Below are positions 25,003 through 38,096 of a DNA stretch of 64,000 nt, piece after piece. The DNA is from Lama guanicoe (lineage: Eukaryota). Where the stretch lies: assembly GCA_013239625.1 (NCBI GenBank), contig MU053933.1, positions 3,712,470 through 3,776,469 on the forward strand, in the 5' to 3' direction. A model generated the notes under the pieces. The model did no database searches, had not been told where the DNA came from, and saw only the letters and a program-made list of their open reading frames with translations. A program made the position numbers and the translations under genes. Numbering within the stretch: the stretch's first letter is position 1; each line of letters opens with the position of its first letter.

Positions 25003-26354
25003 TGTTCATAGCAGCATTATTTGCAAAAGCTGAGATATGGGCGCTTCCTAAGTGTCCATCAACAGCTGAATGGTGACCTATTAAGACACTTTTCCATAAG
25101 ATCTTAAACTGGGCAAGGATGCCTCTATCACCCTTGATATTCAATATAGTGTTGCGAATTTGGAGCCCAGAGATGGGAAGGCAGGAGGAATTTACTGTTG
25201 CAGGAAAGGCTTGCTGGCAGCGCTGACCAGAGGAAGAGACCAGAACTGTGAGCATCAGATCTGAGAAATCAGAAGCCCAGCAGACAGGGCAAGGGGGTAT
25301 CTGGGCTGCTTCCTTGGGTCCAGGAGCCATTATTGCATTATTGTTCATTGAGCCATGGCCCGATCATGTAGACATGCATGCCTTGGCCCCGGTGGGACAA
25401 GGGGTTTCCCACAGTCTGTACCATGTTCTTGGAGCTGTGACTCCAGCTGGTGTCTTTCTTGCCATCCGAGGAGCAAGGGCATCAGTGATCTCTGCAAACT
25501 GCATGCCAGGTCTTCAGTCTGCAAGGAGCTGCACCAGAGACCAGGCCTCCAGTGCAGGGCTGCCTGACCTCACGGGGTCTCCTCTTTGGCAATATCTGTG
25601 CGTTTTGGAAATGGGGCTGGACAGTAGCTAATTCAGTCTCCTCAAAGTCAATAGGATCAGATTAGGTCCCGTCATATTACATTAGTTCACACCAAATCAA
25701 ACTAGACATTTTTGAAGCTCTGAGTCAACCGAGAAGCCTGCCCCACAAGTAAATTTTCCAGGAAAGGAGCCACTTGTAGAGTGGCTCAAACTCAAAGCCC
25801 AGTGACTCGGCTTGTAGCTGAGACCCTCCTATAAGCCCCCTTCTTGTGGCTCGTGTCATATTTCCTTCTGCTGCCAAGTGCTGACCAACCCCAGGGCTGG
25901 CCTCCCCTCCGTGGCAAGTACATGGCCACAGCCCAGCCAGATGGGCCGCTGGCATGGAGCCTGGAATGGAAAACTAACAACGTCTGAGCCCATATGTAAT
26001 TTCTACCAGGATCATGCATACAGAGCAGAGCTACCTGGGTGTATGGCGCTGGCTTGGAGATGTCCATGGTGCTGAAAGGATCCCGGTCCTCCCCTGCCCC
26101 ACCTCCTTCTGCCATGAACGAATGACTGGAAATTCCATTACCAGGTTGGTGAGGGGCTGTTAGCCTAGGGAGACAGAGGGCAACAAACTGTGCCCAGCTC
26201 CGACTTCTCCCTACTCTGGTCCATCCGTGGCAGCATCAAGCTCTTTTGCCCCTAACATTGTGTTTCAGCATCAGAAGGAAGAAAACCACTTGAAAAAACC
26301 AATCTCACAGTGTGGGTTCTGTTCATTGTGGGTTTTGTCCAGCAAAAGTCCCAC

Positions 26355-27220
26355 TGTGGAAGAACAAAATTACTCAAGACTTTATTAAGTCATGAGAGTG
26401 AGAGGGAGCTGGAGCCCAACTCTCTGAGCCCTCCCAAGCTCTTGTATTTATTGAGAATAGTCAAACAGAGAGTCAAAGTAAAATACGTCATAGGAATGAA
26501 TAAATAGCATGGTGTATGTGCAGGGATGCAGCTCAGCAGTTTCAGCTTGTGAAAAAAAAAGATATTATAATCTTAATTTACACTTAGAGAGAGGTTACAA
26601 TATTGATAGTACAAATGGTTACTTTAAGCCTTAAACAATCATGAGCAAGGTTACAGTGTTCCAAATAATTAATAATGAAAACCCAGACCACCACAAAGTC
26701 TCCATACTATGATCAGAAGTTGTCTAAGCACGCGAAGCAGCCCAGCTGTCCCCAGCTAAGGGCTAAGTCACAGTCTTCTATGAGCAAGGGCAGCCCACAC
26801 GATCCACCTGTGCCTGATGAGCGAAGCATGTCCTGCTGGTTAGCGCAGGGGACAAGTTATGGTTTTCCATGAGCACAAGCAGCCCTGAATCTATGACCTC
26901 AAACTAAGCAAAGCATGTCTCTGCTTTTTATGGCAAGGAGACAGTTTGTAGCAGATTCCTGGTGGCAAAGCAGCTTCAAGGCAATGTAAGCTAAATTCCA
27001 TAGATAAGGTGTTGATTTGTATCTAGAGTTTAGCCTTTTATGCTTTTGGACATTTTGCTTTGAAGTAGCAGTATAATGAGAAATATAGAAAGCATTGGCT
27101 TTGATTATACATTTCTTATGTGTTTATGTAAAGGTGAGGATACATAAAGGTGGGAATACGATTTGGTAAAAGCAATGATTACCATATCAAAGTTTGTTAA
27201 CCCAAGTTTGTGCTCCCACA
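26355..27220 (-). mobile_element. Solo ERV LTR (~866 bp)
   Basis: Inverted termini tgtgg...ccaca, 4-bp TSD ccac/tcac, and minus-strand AATAAA (tttatt) near the left end. Confidence 0.7.
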
Positions 27221-28539
27221 TCACAGAATCATCATTTCTTTCCAAGACTCCCCATCATGTGTGAGAAAGAGATGATCAACTAAAAGGCAAAGAGAAGCTT
27301 TCAGCCCAGCTCTTCTTGCCAGCCCTGGCTTCAGGGTCCAGGGGTCCAGGGAGAGGACTCATGGGAGGGGATAGCTGCTCACAAAGGTCTGGGCATCTCC
27401 TCATCATTTCCACCACTGGGTGTGATTTTCTGGGCTTATCCCCAACTCCAGCCTGCAGATCTGTTCACCTGTTTGGCTGAAAACCTTCCACTAGGGCATG
27501 TGGGGTTTCTGGGCACTTTGGGGCTGCATTGGGAGCAAGGGCACTCCCAGGTCTGTTTTCTTGAGGGGATATGCTCCCATGTTATGGACCTCAGTCCTGG
27601 GTGTTCTGGGAATGGGTGGGCTCTGGTGTGGTTAGAGGTCTGAGTCGGTGCTCAGGGTTTTGGTTGGTGGTGCGTCTGGGGTCCGTGGTCCCACTGTGGT
27701 CCCTCTCCCAGGCAATCCTCTGTCTGAGCACAGAGGGATTTCTGTCTCCCCATCCCCAGTGACTAGCCTGGGGCCTGGTTCATGGTGGCTGCTCAGGAGA
27801 TGTCAAAAATTGGATAATGGAATAAGTCCAGTCCAGTGTCGCCCCCTACACTTCTGTGGGGCCCCCATGATGCCTGCTCAGCACTGCACACCTGGAGGAC
27901 CAGGGCCTAGGCAAAAACTATATGCCCCTGGGTGGTCAATGAGAACTCCTTGAATCCCTGATGTGTTAAGAAACTTGTTTATCACTGTGTGGAGGCTGAA
28001 GGAAGGGGGTCAATGAGAGCAGTGGAAGGGACTGGGTCCAGCAGCTGGAATCCTCTGAGATCTTGACACTTGGAAGGACCCGGGATGGCATCCTTGGTAA
28101 GGCATGCTCTTACTCCTTCCACCCCACTTTACCCCATTCTGACTTGCCTCTCAGAGGTCTTCATAGGAGGATCGCCTTGTAGGTGGCTTTTAATGTATCA
28201 GATGTCCAGAGTATCAGATGTCCAGAGTATCAGCTGGAGACATGTGCTGGGTGAAGGGCCCCCCACCATGACCCTGACCCCAAAGCTGAAGATGCAAGTG
28301 GGTCTCAGGAATGCCCCCTTCCAGGACAGACTCCTTAGTCAGAAATGAGGCCCTTTGTGTTCCTAAATGGCCCAAGTGAGAGAGAGGTGCTTGGTGAGGG
28401 TTTGTCCATCAGCTCCCAGCTCTTTCACCCCTTCCTCTCCCAACAGACCCTTGTAGGAAAAGCTCCCTGAGATGATGCAGGAAAATGGATGTGGGGTGTG
28501 AGGAAGGCCATATCCCAGATCTTGGTTGAGTCCCTGGGA

Positions 28540-29116
28540 TGTGCTCTGCCAAGTGTGGGTCCTTGGCTTCATGCAGGAAAGAATTCAAGTGCAAGCCATA
28601 GTTGAGTAAAGGTAGATTTATTTAGAGAGGTACATACTGCCTAGGGTGTAAGGCAAGAGAAAGGCAAGGAAAGAGCTGTGGGAATTGGGTGCTCAGGTTA
28701 AAGTAAAAGGAGGTACACACTCCATAGACAGAATGTAGGTCATCTCCAAAGAGGAGGGAGCAAAAAATGGCGGCTAGGCATGGTGTTGCCAGCTTTTATG
28801 GGCTCTGTAGCTTCACATGCCTACAGGTGGGACCATTCCAACTACCTTAGGGAAGGGGCTGGGATTCACAGATATTGGGCCACCACCCATTCTTTGGCCT
28901 TTTGTGGTTAGCCTTGGGACTGTCATGGCTCCTGCAGACATATTATTTATCGTGCTATTTCAATGAGCATATAATGAAATGCAGAGTCTACTAGAAGTCA
29001 AACCTCCTACCAACTTAATCCTCAAGGCCAAATGGGAGTTGAATCTTCCACCATTTTGGTGTTAATTGCTGTCACTCCTTGAATGGCTGTGCCCTGCCCC
29101 TTTCCCTCCTGTCTCA
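28540..29116 (-). mobile_element. ERV1 LTR, MER41/LTR8-like
   Basis: ggtccttggcttcatgcaggaaagaattcaag...agatttatttag. Minus strand starts TGAGACAGGAGG. Left boundary is approximate. Confidence 0.65.
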
Positions 29117-29647
29117 GTTTTAGAATTGTTAGCTACTACAGCCTGGAAAGAATTTTATAAATTAAAGCCCACAGTTTAACAGTAGTCCATTTTGCCTTTG
29201 CAAAATGATTCTGTACATTTCAAAAGTTAACCTAGGTCAGCACCTCTTGCCCTCTACTGACTTGCCCTCTACCTTCCACCCATTTCTAATAGTTAGATTC
29301 TGTCACTTTGTGTATTCCATTCTGCAACACTCCTACACCCTAATCAACTAAATTCGAATAGATTATGATTGACCTTTGGGCTGTACAAATGTATGGACTT
29401 AGACATACTCATAGTGACACAACCTAAATTATCCCAAGGAACAGTTCAACCCTTCACCCCCACCCCATTATCTGCTTATGTGTGTAGTTTTGCCTTTTCC
29501 ATAATTGTCCTAAATAGGGTCATACTGTGTGCAGCCTCCTCAGACTGGATTCTTTCAGTTAGTAACATACAAGTAAGATTTGCCTATGTCTTTATGTGGG
29601 TTGATGGTTTTATTTTTATTGCTAAGTAGTATTCCATTGCATGTATA

Positions 29648-30179
29648 TGAGAGTAAAACCAGTTTTCCCTCTATCCTTCTAGGCTCTTGGATGAGACCTC
29701 CCAGCCCCACCCCCCGATAAGACAGATTACCAGGAGAAAGAAACAAGTTCAATAACACGTATACCTCCAGTATACCGGAAAGATACCCAGGAAAACTGAG
29801 CCCTCCCCCCCCGAAATGGCCAAAGACATCACCTTAAATATGATCTTTAGTTTAAAACAAAAGCAAGGCCTTGGGGAGGGAAGAAGTCATTTATGGCAGG
29901 TTACCATGAAAGCTCAGTAAAGGAAGCTATGTTTGTTATGCAGACTTAAGTCAAGACTTCTCTATTGATAAGAGTTAGTTAAGGTTTAATCAGCCTTCTA
30001 TTTCTGGTACAAAGAGGGACACACTTACAAATGTAGATTTTCCTAATAAATGTAAATGCCACTTACAAAAGGGCAACCTCCACTCAGTTTTCTAAGATTA
30101 TTTTTTTTTAAATTAGACTAAATTAATCCTTATGCCAAAGAAGCCTATTTTGGGGTGCCTTATTCTGTTCTTTTTGACA
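29648..30179 (-). mobile_element. ERV1 (MER34-like) solo LTR. Related copies at 38190-38714, 50970-51245 (truncated), ~59830-60200, and in opposite orientation at ~35890-36275 and ~55985-56340.
   Basis: ttttccctctatccttctagg...gacagattac..gagaaagaaac...gaaatggccaaagacatcaccttaaata...ttttggggtgccttattctg. Same L1 insertion context (ttccattgc) in three copies. Confidence 0.7.
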
Positions 30180-32233
30180 TGGATGTACCCCAAATTGCTT
30201 ATCCATTCATCTGTTGAAGGACATCCTGATTTCAAGTATTTAGCCATTATGAGCAGAGCTGCTGTGCATAACTGAATCCCAGTATGTCTTTGGACATTGT
30301 TTTTCTTGCTTAAATACTGGAAGCAGGAATGCTATATCCCAAGGTGAGACTTGTTTAGCTTTGGGAAAAACTGCCAACCTGTCTTACGAAGTGGCTGTCC
30401 ATGCATTCCACCAGCAATGAGGGAGAGTTCTGTTGTTCCTCACCACCAGCAATGAGATTGTCATATTTTTGGAGTTTAGCAGTTCTAACAGGTGTGTCAT
30501 GATCTCTTTTGATTTTAATTAGTAATTCCCTGATGGCATATTTTTGTGTGCTTATTTATGATCTGTATGTCTTCTTGGATCAGGTATCTGTCCAGATCTT
30601 TATCCGTTTTTTATGGGGTTATTTTAGAGTTCTTTGTATATTTTGAGTGAGTCCAAATCATTTATCAGACACGTGTTTTGTAAATATTTTTCTCACAGTT
30701 TTATGGTTTGTCTTGGTTTTCTGAATAAGGTCTTTCAGAATAGAAGTCTTTAATTTTATAAAGTCCATAATCTTACTTTTTTTGTGGATTGGCTTTATGT
30801 GTAGTGTGATAAAACTCAAAGGTCATAATCTACATTATCAAATGCAAGGTCACATAGATTTTCTTCTGTTTATCTCTATAACTCAATTTTGGATTTTAAA
30901 TATGTGTGAATAAATTTGAGTGAATTTGTTGTAAGTGTTAAAGTTTCTGTTTCCATTCAGTTCATTCCATATGGCTTCCAATGAATTGTTTCTTAACTGT
31001 TTGGAGAAGCTAGGGATATTTGGCTTTATTTTAGTTTGAATTTCCAGTTTAAAAGACTCAGCTGAACTATTCTCAGGGGGGTGGGGCCCCTAGCTGTGAG
31101 GGGTGCCTGTTCCACACTTTCCTGTCCGTAGTGTAGTGGACTGAGCTGAGCTGCCCTTGGGTGGAGCTTCCGCTGGCTGTGAGGGTGGCTGAGCCTGCAC
31201 TTTCCCATTGGCCAGCAGGGCCCAGAGCCCGCCTCCCCTACCTGTGGCGGGAACACACGTTCAGCCCGAGGATTTGGCTTCCTGCGCAGCTGACTAGAGC
31301 CACGTCTCCTCTGGACCTGCTGGGCCTTTGGGACAACAGGGGGTTATGTCCATGCTGAAGGGACCCCAATCTCCTCAGGACCCGACAGGAGTTGCTGCAC
31401 TGAAGGAAGGGTGTGGAGAAAGAAAAAGTGAGAATTTTCCTGTGAGGGGCTGACTGCTGAGGGGAATCCCTCCTCAGAGGGCCCGGGAGAGGAAGGGCTG
31501 GATGTGGGGAACTGTGGGTTTTAGTCAGTTTTTGTGTGTGGTGTAGAGTGTGCCATGTCCTTTGTGTGTGGTGTCCAGTTTTCCCAGTGTTATTGAGGAG
31601 ACTGTCCTTTCCCTAAGCATATGTTCCTGGCTCCTTTCTTGTGACTTAACCGACCACATACCCCTGGGTTTATTTGTGGGCTCTCTATCTGTTCCTCTGG
31701 TCCATGTCCTGGTTTTTGTGCCAATTCCGCACTTTTTTGGTGACTGTAGTTTTGTAATGCTGTGTGAAGTCAGGGAGGGAGATGCCTCCAACTTGTCCTC
31801 CTTTCACAGAATCCTTCTGGCTGTTCAGGGTCCTTTGGGTTTCCACACAAATGTTAGGGATGTTTGTTCTGTTTCTGTGAAAAATGACACTGAAACTTAT
31901 TTTATTAAAGTATAGTCAATTTACAGGGTTTTGTTATTTTCTGATGTAGGGCATAGTGATTTGACCAGGTTTGCTTTGAATCTGAACATTGCTTTGGTTA
32001 GAATGGATGTTTTAACAATATTAATTCTTCCATCTATGAGCACAGGATATCTTTCCATTTATTTGTGTCTATTCAGTTTCTTTCCTCAGTGTCTTAGAAT
32101 TTTCAGTGTTCTGATCTTTCACATCCTTGATTAAATTTATTGCTAGGTAGTTTTTGGGGAGGATGCAATTGTAAATGGGATTTTAAAAAGTCTCTTTATA
32201 ATGTCTTATTATTTATTTATTTGTTTATTTTCC

Positions 32234-32397
32234 TAAGGGAGAGCACAAATGCCATCCACCACTACCACAAATTATGCAGTCGATTTTCTGACATTTGGAG
32301 AAATCTCAGGGGTCAGCATATCCGAGGTGCAATGGATAAGCCTCTCCCTGGGAAAACCACCTTCATGATCATGGTATCTCCCCTGCCAGGTAAGTAT
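32234..32397 (-). pseudogene. U1 snRNA retropseudogene, full length (164 nt)
   Basis: Minus strand ATACTTACCTGGCAGGGGAGATACCATGATCATGAAGGTGGTTTTCCCAGGG...AATTTGTGG (Sm site)...CTCTCCCTTA. A-rich tail and ~15-bp TSD taatgtcttattatt (32199-32213) / tgatgtctcattatt (32400-32414). Confidence 0.93.
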
Positions 32398-34663
32398 GAT
32401 GATGTCTCATTATTAATGTAGAAAGACAACTGATTTTTGTCTGTTGATTTTGTTCCTTGTAGCTGTACTAAAATCAATCATCAGTTCTAACAGGTTTTTG
32501 ATGATTTGTTATGGAAAACTAGAAATCAGAAATCACCCTGTTTGGACTCCATCCAGGTCATCCACAGCATCCAAGACACAGTATCTCCTAATCTTCCTAC
32601 AGTGCCTCTAAATTACCTGTGGACTCCTACAAGGGTGGTTATCATCAGAACTTTGGGTGAACTGAATCTAGTTAAGGGTTGGTCTCTATAAGGAAATCTG
32701 ATGTCTTCTCTGCTTTTTCAACACAGTGTTGACAATGGTTGTTTTGAAAAGTAATTTATTTTCTAGTAATTTCAAACATATAAAAAACTTTTAATAGTAT
32801 TACAAAGTACTCATATTTACCACCTGACAAAATGCTCTAAAACTGGGATACTCTCAGGGAACCAGCACATAAACCCCAAATGAAGAAATTTTATGGTTCC
32901 ACGTTGTAATCCCATCCACAGGCCCACTTCAACCTTCCCCATTGCCCCAACTTAGGGAAATGTATTTTTCCATTCTGATCTAGTTTTCTTTTTCTGAAAC
33001 TATTATTGAGATTTCCCTCTTTTTCAAAATCTTAATGGATTTGAAGTGCGTAAGATGAGTTTGATCTTGACCTCTTCTGTGTGGCTTCTTTCATTTAGAA
33101 TGTTTTCAGTGTTCAACCAGGATGTAACATGTATCATTAGTATTTCATTCACATTTTTCATTGTTATTAAAAATACAGAACATAATGTTACCTTTTAAAC
33201 CATTTAAATACACAGTCCTAAGGTATTAACTAAATTCACACTGTTGTACAGATACTTCACTGTCCATCTCCAGAACTTCATCATTTCCCCCAAGGGAAAC
33301 ACGGTATCCAGTAAGCACTAACTTCCTTCAGCTCCTTGCAATGACATTGTTTCTATCTCTGCATTTGACATCTGGATACCTGGTATAAGTGGAATCACAT
33401 ATTTGTCCTTCTTTGTCTGGCTTATTTGACTTAGCATAGTGACTTCAAGAATTATTCACGTTGCAGCATGTGTCATAATTTCCTTAGTTTTTAAGGCTGT
33501 GTAGTTTCCCATTGTGTATACACCACATTTAGTTTAACCATTCATTTGTTGATGGACAGCTGAGTTGATTCCAACTTTTGCTGTTGTGATTAGTGCTGCT
33601 ATGAATATGGTTGAACACCAGTCCCTGCTTTCAAATATTTTGTATATATATATACACTGAAGTGGAATTTTTGGATCACATGTTAACCCCATGTTTAAGT
33701 TTTTGAGGAACTCCCATGTGGTTCTCCACTGTGACTGCACCATTTTATTCCTTTATATGGCAGAATCATAGAGCGGTTTATGGATATACTGTTTGTTAAT
33801 CTATTTAGCCTTTGATGGACATTTCAATTGTTCTGCTTTTTGGGCCATTGTGAATAGTGCTGCTATGAATATTTGCAAACAATTTTTTTGTTTGTTTGAA
33901 CACCTGTTTTTAATGCTTTGTGTTCTATGTCTAGGAGTGAAATTGTTGAACCATAAGGTAACTGCATTTTTATCTTTTTGAGGAAATGACAAACTACATA
34001 TAAGCTGTACCATTGTCAACTTTTTCAAGTAATGTTTAAAGGTTTCCATTTCCCTCCATTTTTACCAATATTGGTTGTTTTTAATTTTTTTGATTGTACA
34101 GCTTCTAGTGTGCTTGAAAAGGTACAGCATTATGGTATTAATTTGCATTTCCATCATGACTGATTTTTTAACGTCTTTTCATGTGCCTGTTGACTATTTG
34201 TCTTGTTCAGAGAAGGGTGTATTTAATTTTTTTTTAAAAAAATCTAATTTTATTTATTTTTGCTGTTTTTTTTCAGTTTTATTAGGTAGAATTATTACAG
34301 TTTGACCACACACATATACATTATATTACCTGTAAATATATATAGAAATATACTGCACATTTTTTTTCAAAGAAGGGTCTATGTAAGTCCTTTTACTATC
34401 TTAAAAATTGGATTTTGTGTTTTTATGAGTTGTAAAAGTTCTTGATAAAAATTTTTTTAGGTATGCAATGTGCAAATATTTTATTTGATTTTTGTTTGTG
34501 GTCATTTCACTTTCTGGATAGCGTCTGATGTACAAAGTTTTTAATTTTGAGGAAAGGCAATTTAGTTTTTTCTTTCCTTGCTTGTGTTTGCTTTCAGATC
34601 TAAAAAAATTGCTAAATCCAAGGTCATGATGACTTATCCTCTCTGTTTCTTTGAGAGTTTATA

Positions 34664-35003
34664 CAGCTTCCCTCCCTATCTGTGAGGTATTGGTTCCAGG
34701 ACACCCTGTGGATACTAAAATCTGTGAGTTCTCAAATCTGTTATATAAAATAGTGTAGTATTTGCAAATAATCTAATCACATCTCCCTGTATACTTTAAA
34801 TCACCTCTAGATCAGTTATAAAACCTAATACAATGTAAGTGATATGTAAGTAATTGTGAAGAAAATGAAATATTATTTAAATCATTTCTGGCATGCAACA
34901 AATTCAAGTTTTTCTTTGTGGAACTTTCTCCAATTATTATTATTATTTTTATCTGAAGGTGGCTGATTCTGCAAATGTGGATTCAGCAGATGAGGGCTGA
35001 TTG
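34664..35003. mobile_element. MER2/MER2B (Tigger-family) DNA transposon
   Basis: ta|cagcttccctccctatctgtgaggtattggttccaggacaccctgtggatactaaaatc...tactttaaatcacctctagat...gagggctgattg. Paralogous copy at 54776-55115. Confidence 0.85.
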
Positions 35004-36917
35004 TTGCTTTACCTGTCTTTAAATTTAAGCTTTTTATGTACCTTGAGTTAATTTTGTATGTGGTGTGAAGCAACGATCCAATTTCATTTCTCTTAGAAAT
35101 GAAAAATTTTCGTTGGATAAACAATTGCCTGGCACCATTCCCCCCTCCCCCAATTTAATGCTGCCCAGTGTTGTAAAAAAAAATCAGTTAGTGCATGTGT
35201 CTTTTCACATTTGAGTGTTGCTCTGGATACATGCCCAGCAGTGGGATCTCAGACCTTTCTTGCTTCTGACCTAAACAGGAGGAGGTCACTATGTGGAACC
35301 TACATTTCAGGAGATGGGGGTTTATCTCCACCTCCTTGGTGGATGCCATTGATTATTAGGAATTCTCCTGCATAGGAGTTTTCTATTCAATTCCATTTAT
35401 TTAAAAAAACAAAACAACAACAATAACAATAACAAAAACCCTATGTCATCATTTAACTTCACCACTGTGGGCACATGGATAGTTATTTTAATCTTTGATT
35501 AGAATCCAGCAATGCAGAATTTGGTTGCTCTGTCTATTCCTGCTTTGGATATTGAGACCTCTTTTCATTGGCTCCTGTTTCCTTTGAGATCATTCTATAT
35601 TTTGGTCCCCCCCCCCGGTACTTCCTTATATTCTGATACAAGTTTCAAGATTATTCTGAATCATATATTTACTGTCTCACTTCTAGTATAAGCCATCTCT
35701 TCAAAGAGTCCTGGTTCCTTTAATTAGAGAATGGTATTAAGAACTTACATATGGGAGGAAAATGTCCTCAGCCAACAATGCAAGGAAATGTATGCCTGTT
35801 TTCCCGCCTACATGTATTGTTGCTCAGGGAGCAACTCCATGCCCCTTCCCTCAAATCTACCACAACTACATAGTGATTGTTTAAAATTTAAGTTACTTAG
35901 AAAATGGCCAAAGGAAGAGGGACACTCTGACTCCCACTCTATCTCTCTAAAAGCAGGAAATAAATCTGTCACTTGAAAGGTTCAGAAGCCCACATAAACA
36001 TAACTTGTTACTTCTTTAACTTACCACCCCCAAGCCCAAACTCTATTAAGATTCTTCATTAATTGAGTACCCAAAAGCTACATTCCTTTGGGCTGTCAAT
36101 TCATAACAAATCAATAATTTTCTAGATGTATAAAATCTGCCTGGTTTTACTACTTACTTCCTATTTCTATGAGACTTTTGTGTATAGGAATTAAAAATTT
36201 TTTTTCTCCTGTGGCTCTCTTGTGTTTGTTTTACTATCAGTCCAGCCACAAGAAGTGAAATTTCTCCCTCCCCAATAGAATACACTCCTAATTATAAAGA
36301 TTTCTATGTGGAAATGTTTGTATTCATATTAAGCTGAAGACGAGTGTATGCTGATGCCTCCAGCCTGATCCATTATCACATGGACAGTGTACATCTCCCC
36401 CTGCTTATCCATAACTCCCAGTTAGACAGTGAGGATCCTCATTCCCACCATCTTCCATCCATTCAATTCATTTCTCATTCTACTCCAGATGAATGGTTTC
36501 AGCATTCTTAGCTCCCACCCTTGTGCAATGGAACTTTATAGATTCTGTGCAGTATGTTTTCCCTTTAGTCTACACATTCTGTTCATTACCACAGTTACTG
36601 AGGCTGGCAACTTTTGCTCCACCAGTGTCAGTGAGTGCTTCCATACCTTTCTAATACAGATTCTTTTTTACATCCTGTATTCTATCCTGTGACACTACCA
36701 CTTACTCGATCACTTAATTGACTCATTGGGCCATAGAAAACTATGGGTTTTGATAAGTGGATATTGGCAGATGTACATCACTCAAGTATTACATGGAATA
36801 TTTCAAAACTCTCACATGATCTGTTTACCACCTCTTAGTTTTCCCTGTTCCTGAATTTCATATAAATTGGGTTATACAATGCATATGTAGACTCTTCAGA
36901 TTGGATTCTGTCACTTA

Positions 36918-38096
36918 TGAAAGGAAAATCAACATGGAGTTGATATTGATAAGAGAGCTATGTAAAATGGAGTGAGGAGCCCATTTAGTATGAATGAATG
37001 AAAGTCTAAGTTTTGACCTGATGAAATCATCCAAAATATCTGCCAGAAACTTATCTATCTGCCAGTAACCTATCTACTTATTGTATTCTTAGCTTAAAAT
37101 AATTCATGACAGTCTGTCTATGTATTGGACACTTACCCTAAATTAACTCATGATTCCTTAAGGACAAATATTTTTGGACTCACATCAGAGTCCATCACAA
37201 TTATGGCCAGTGAACTTTTAACAACCTCCTGGACTTTTGTCTTTATAAGCCTCTGTACTCTTATTCTTATCTGGAACACTCTTTAAGGGTTACCTGAATC
37301 TGTACTGGGAAACAAGCTGATGGAAAACAAACCACTGGATAACAAGCAGCTAATAAATAAGCCACACCTAGATTTCAATGAGCTTAAAACATTGTATTCA
37401 CACTTGCTTGCTTAAAATGCACATGCTTGATTTGTTTTAATGTTTTATGCAGTAGATGGCCTATAGCACATACTATGCTAAAGAAAATTTGTGGTGAGCA
37501 ATCCTGAGATTGACCATAAGGGCATGAAAGAAGGCATATGTTTCCTCAGGGTAAACAATGGATGGTCCTGGAAAGCCAGGTCATCCAGTAACAGAACTTT
37601 GTTCTGGCATGAAAGCATGCTGTTTAACCTGAGGGAAATATTTTCTATCTCAAGATGGCCTGGAGACAATCACAGGGTAGGCTCATAAATCTCATATACC
37701 CTGAGAAGGGTGATTGTTCCTGGAGGGGATAGGCTTGTACTTAATCAATCACTTAGCAAGCAGAACTTAGTGCTTATCACATGGAATATCTAAAGCCTCA
37801 CCTCTTTGATCACAATTTTTTTTTGAAGCTGTATACTCCTAATAAATATAATGTCAACCAGGCTTTTGGCACTCTCGATCCACGAGATCTTGAGTCCCCT
37901 GGTCCCATCTTTTCTTTGTACTTTGTCTCTTTGTTTCTTAAGTCTTGCATGGCCTGTCCTCAGACACAGTCCTGAGCTGCACTGGATGCAGCAAATCTGT
38001 GTCTTCCAAATGCAATTCTTAATTCATCACCCAAATAAACATTTTCCTATTTGCAGTTTCCTACATTATTATTACTATTATTATTTTGTTTGCACA
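36918..38096 (+). mobile_element. Solo ERV LTR with a nested second LTR
   Basis: TG...CA with TSD ctta (36914-36917 / 38097-38100), inserted in an antisense L1. Its 5' part recurs at 57011-57225. Confidence 0.75.
37301..37993 (+). mobile_element. Nested solo ERV LTR (693 bp)
   Basis: tgtactggg...gcagca with perfect TSD aatc (37297-37300 / 37994-37997). AATAAA at ~37841. Confidence 0.8.

Noticed and set aside
28196..28233. 16-bp tandem duplication (tatcagatgtccagag x2)
   Set aside because: Simple slippage duplication with no further structure.
32234..32397. Functional U1 snRNA gene
   Set aside because: It has an A-tail, a TSD and many substitutions, and the paralogous site is empty. It is a retrocopy.
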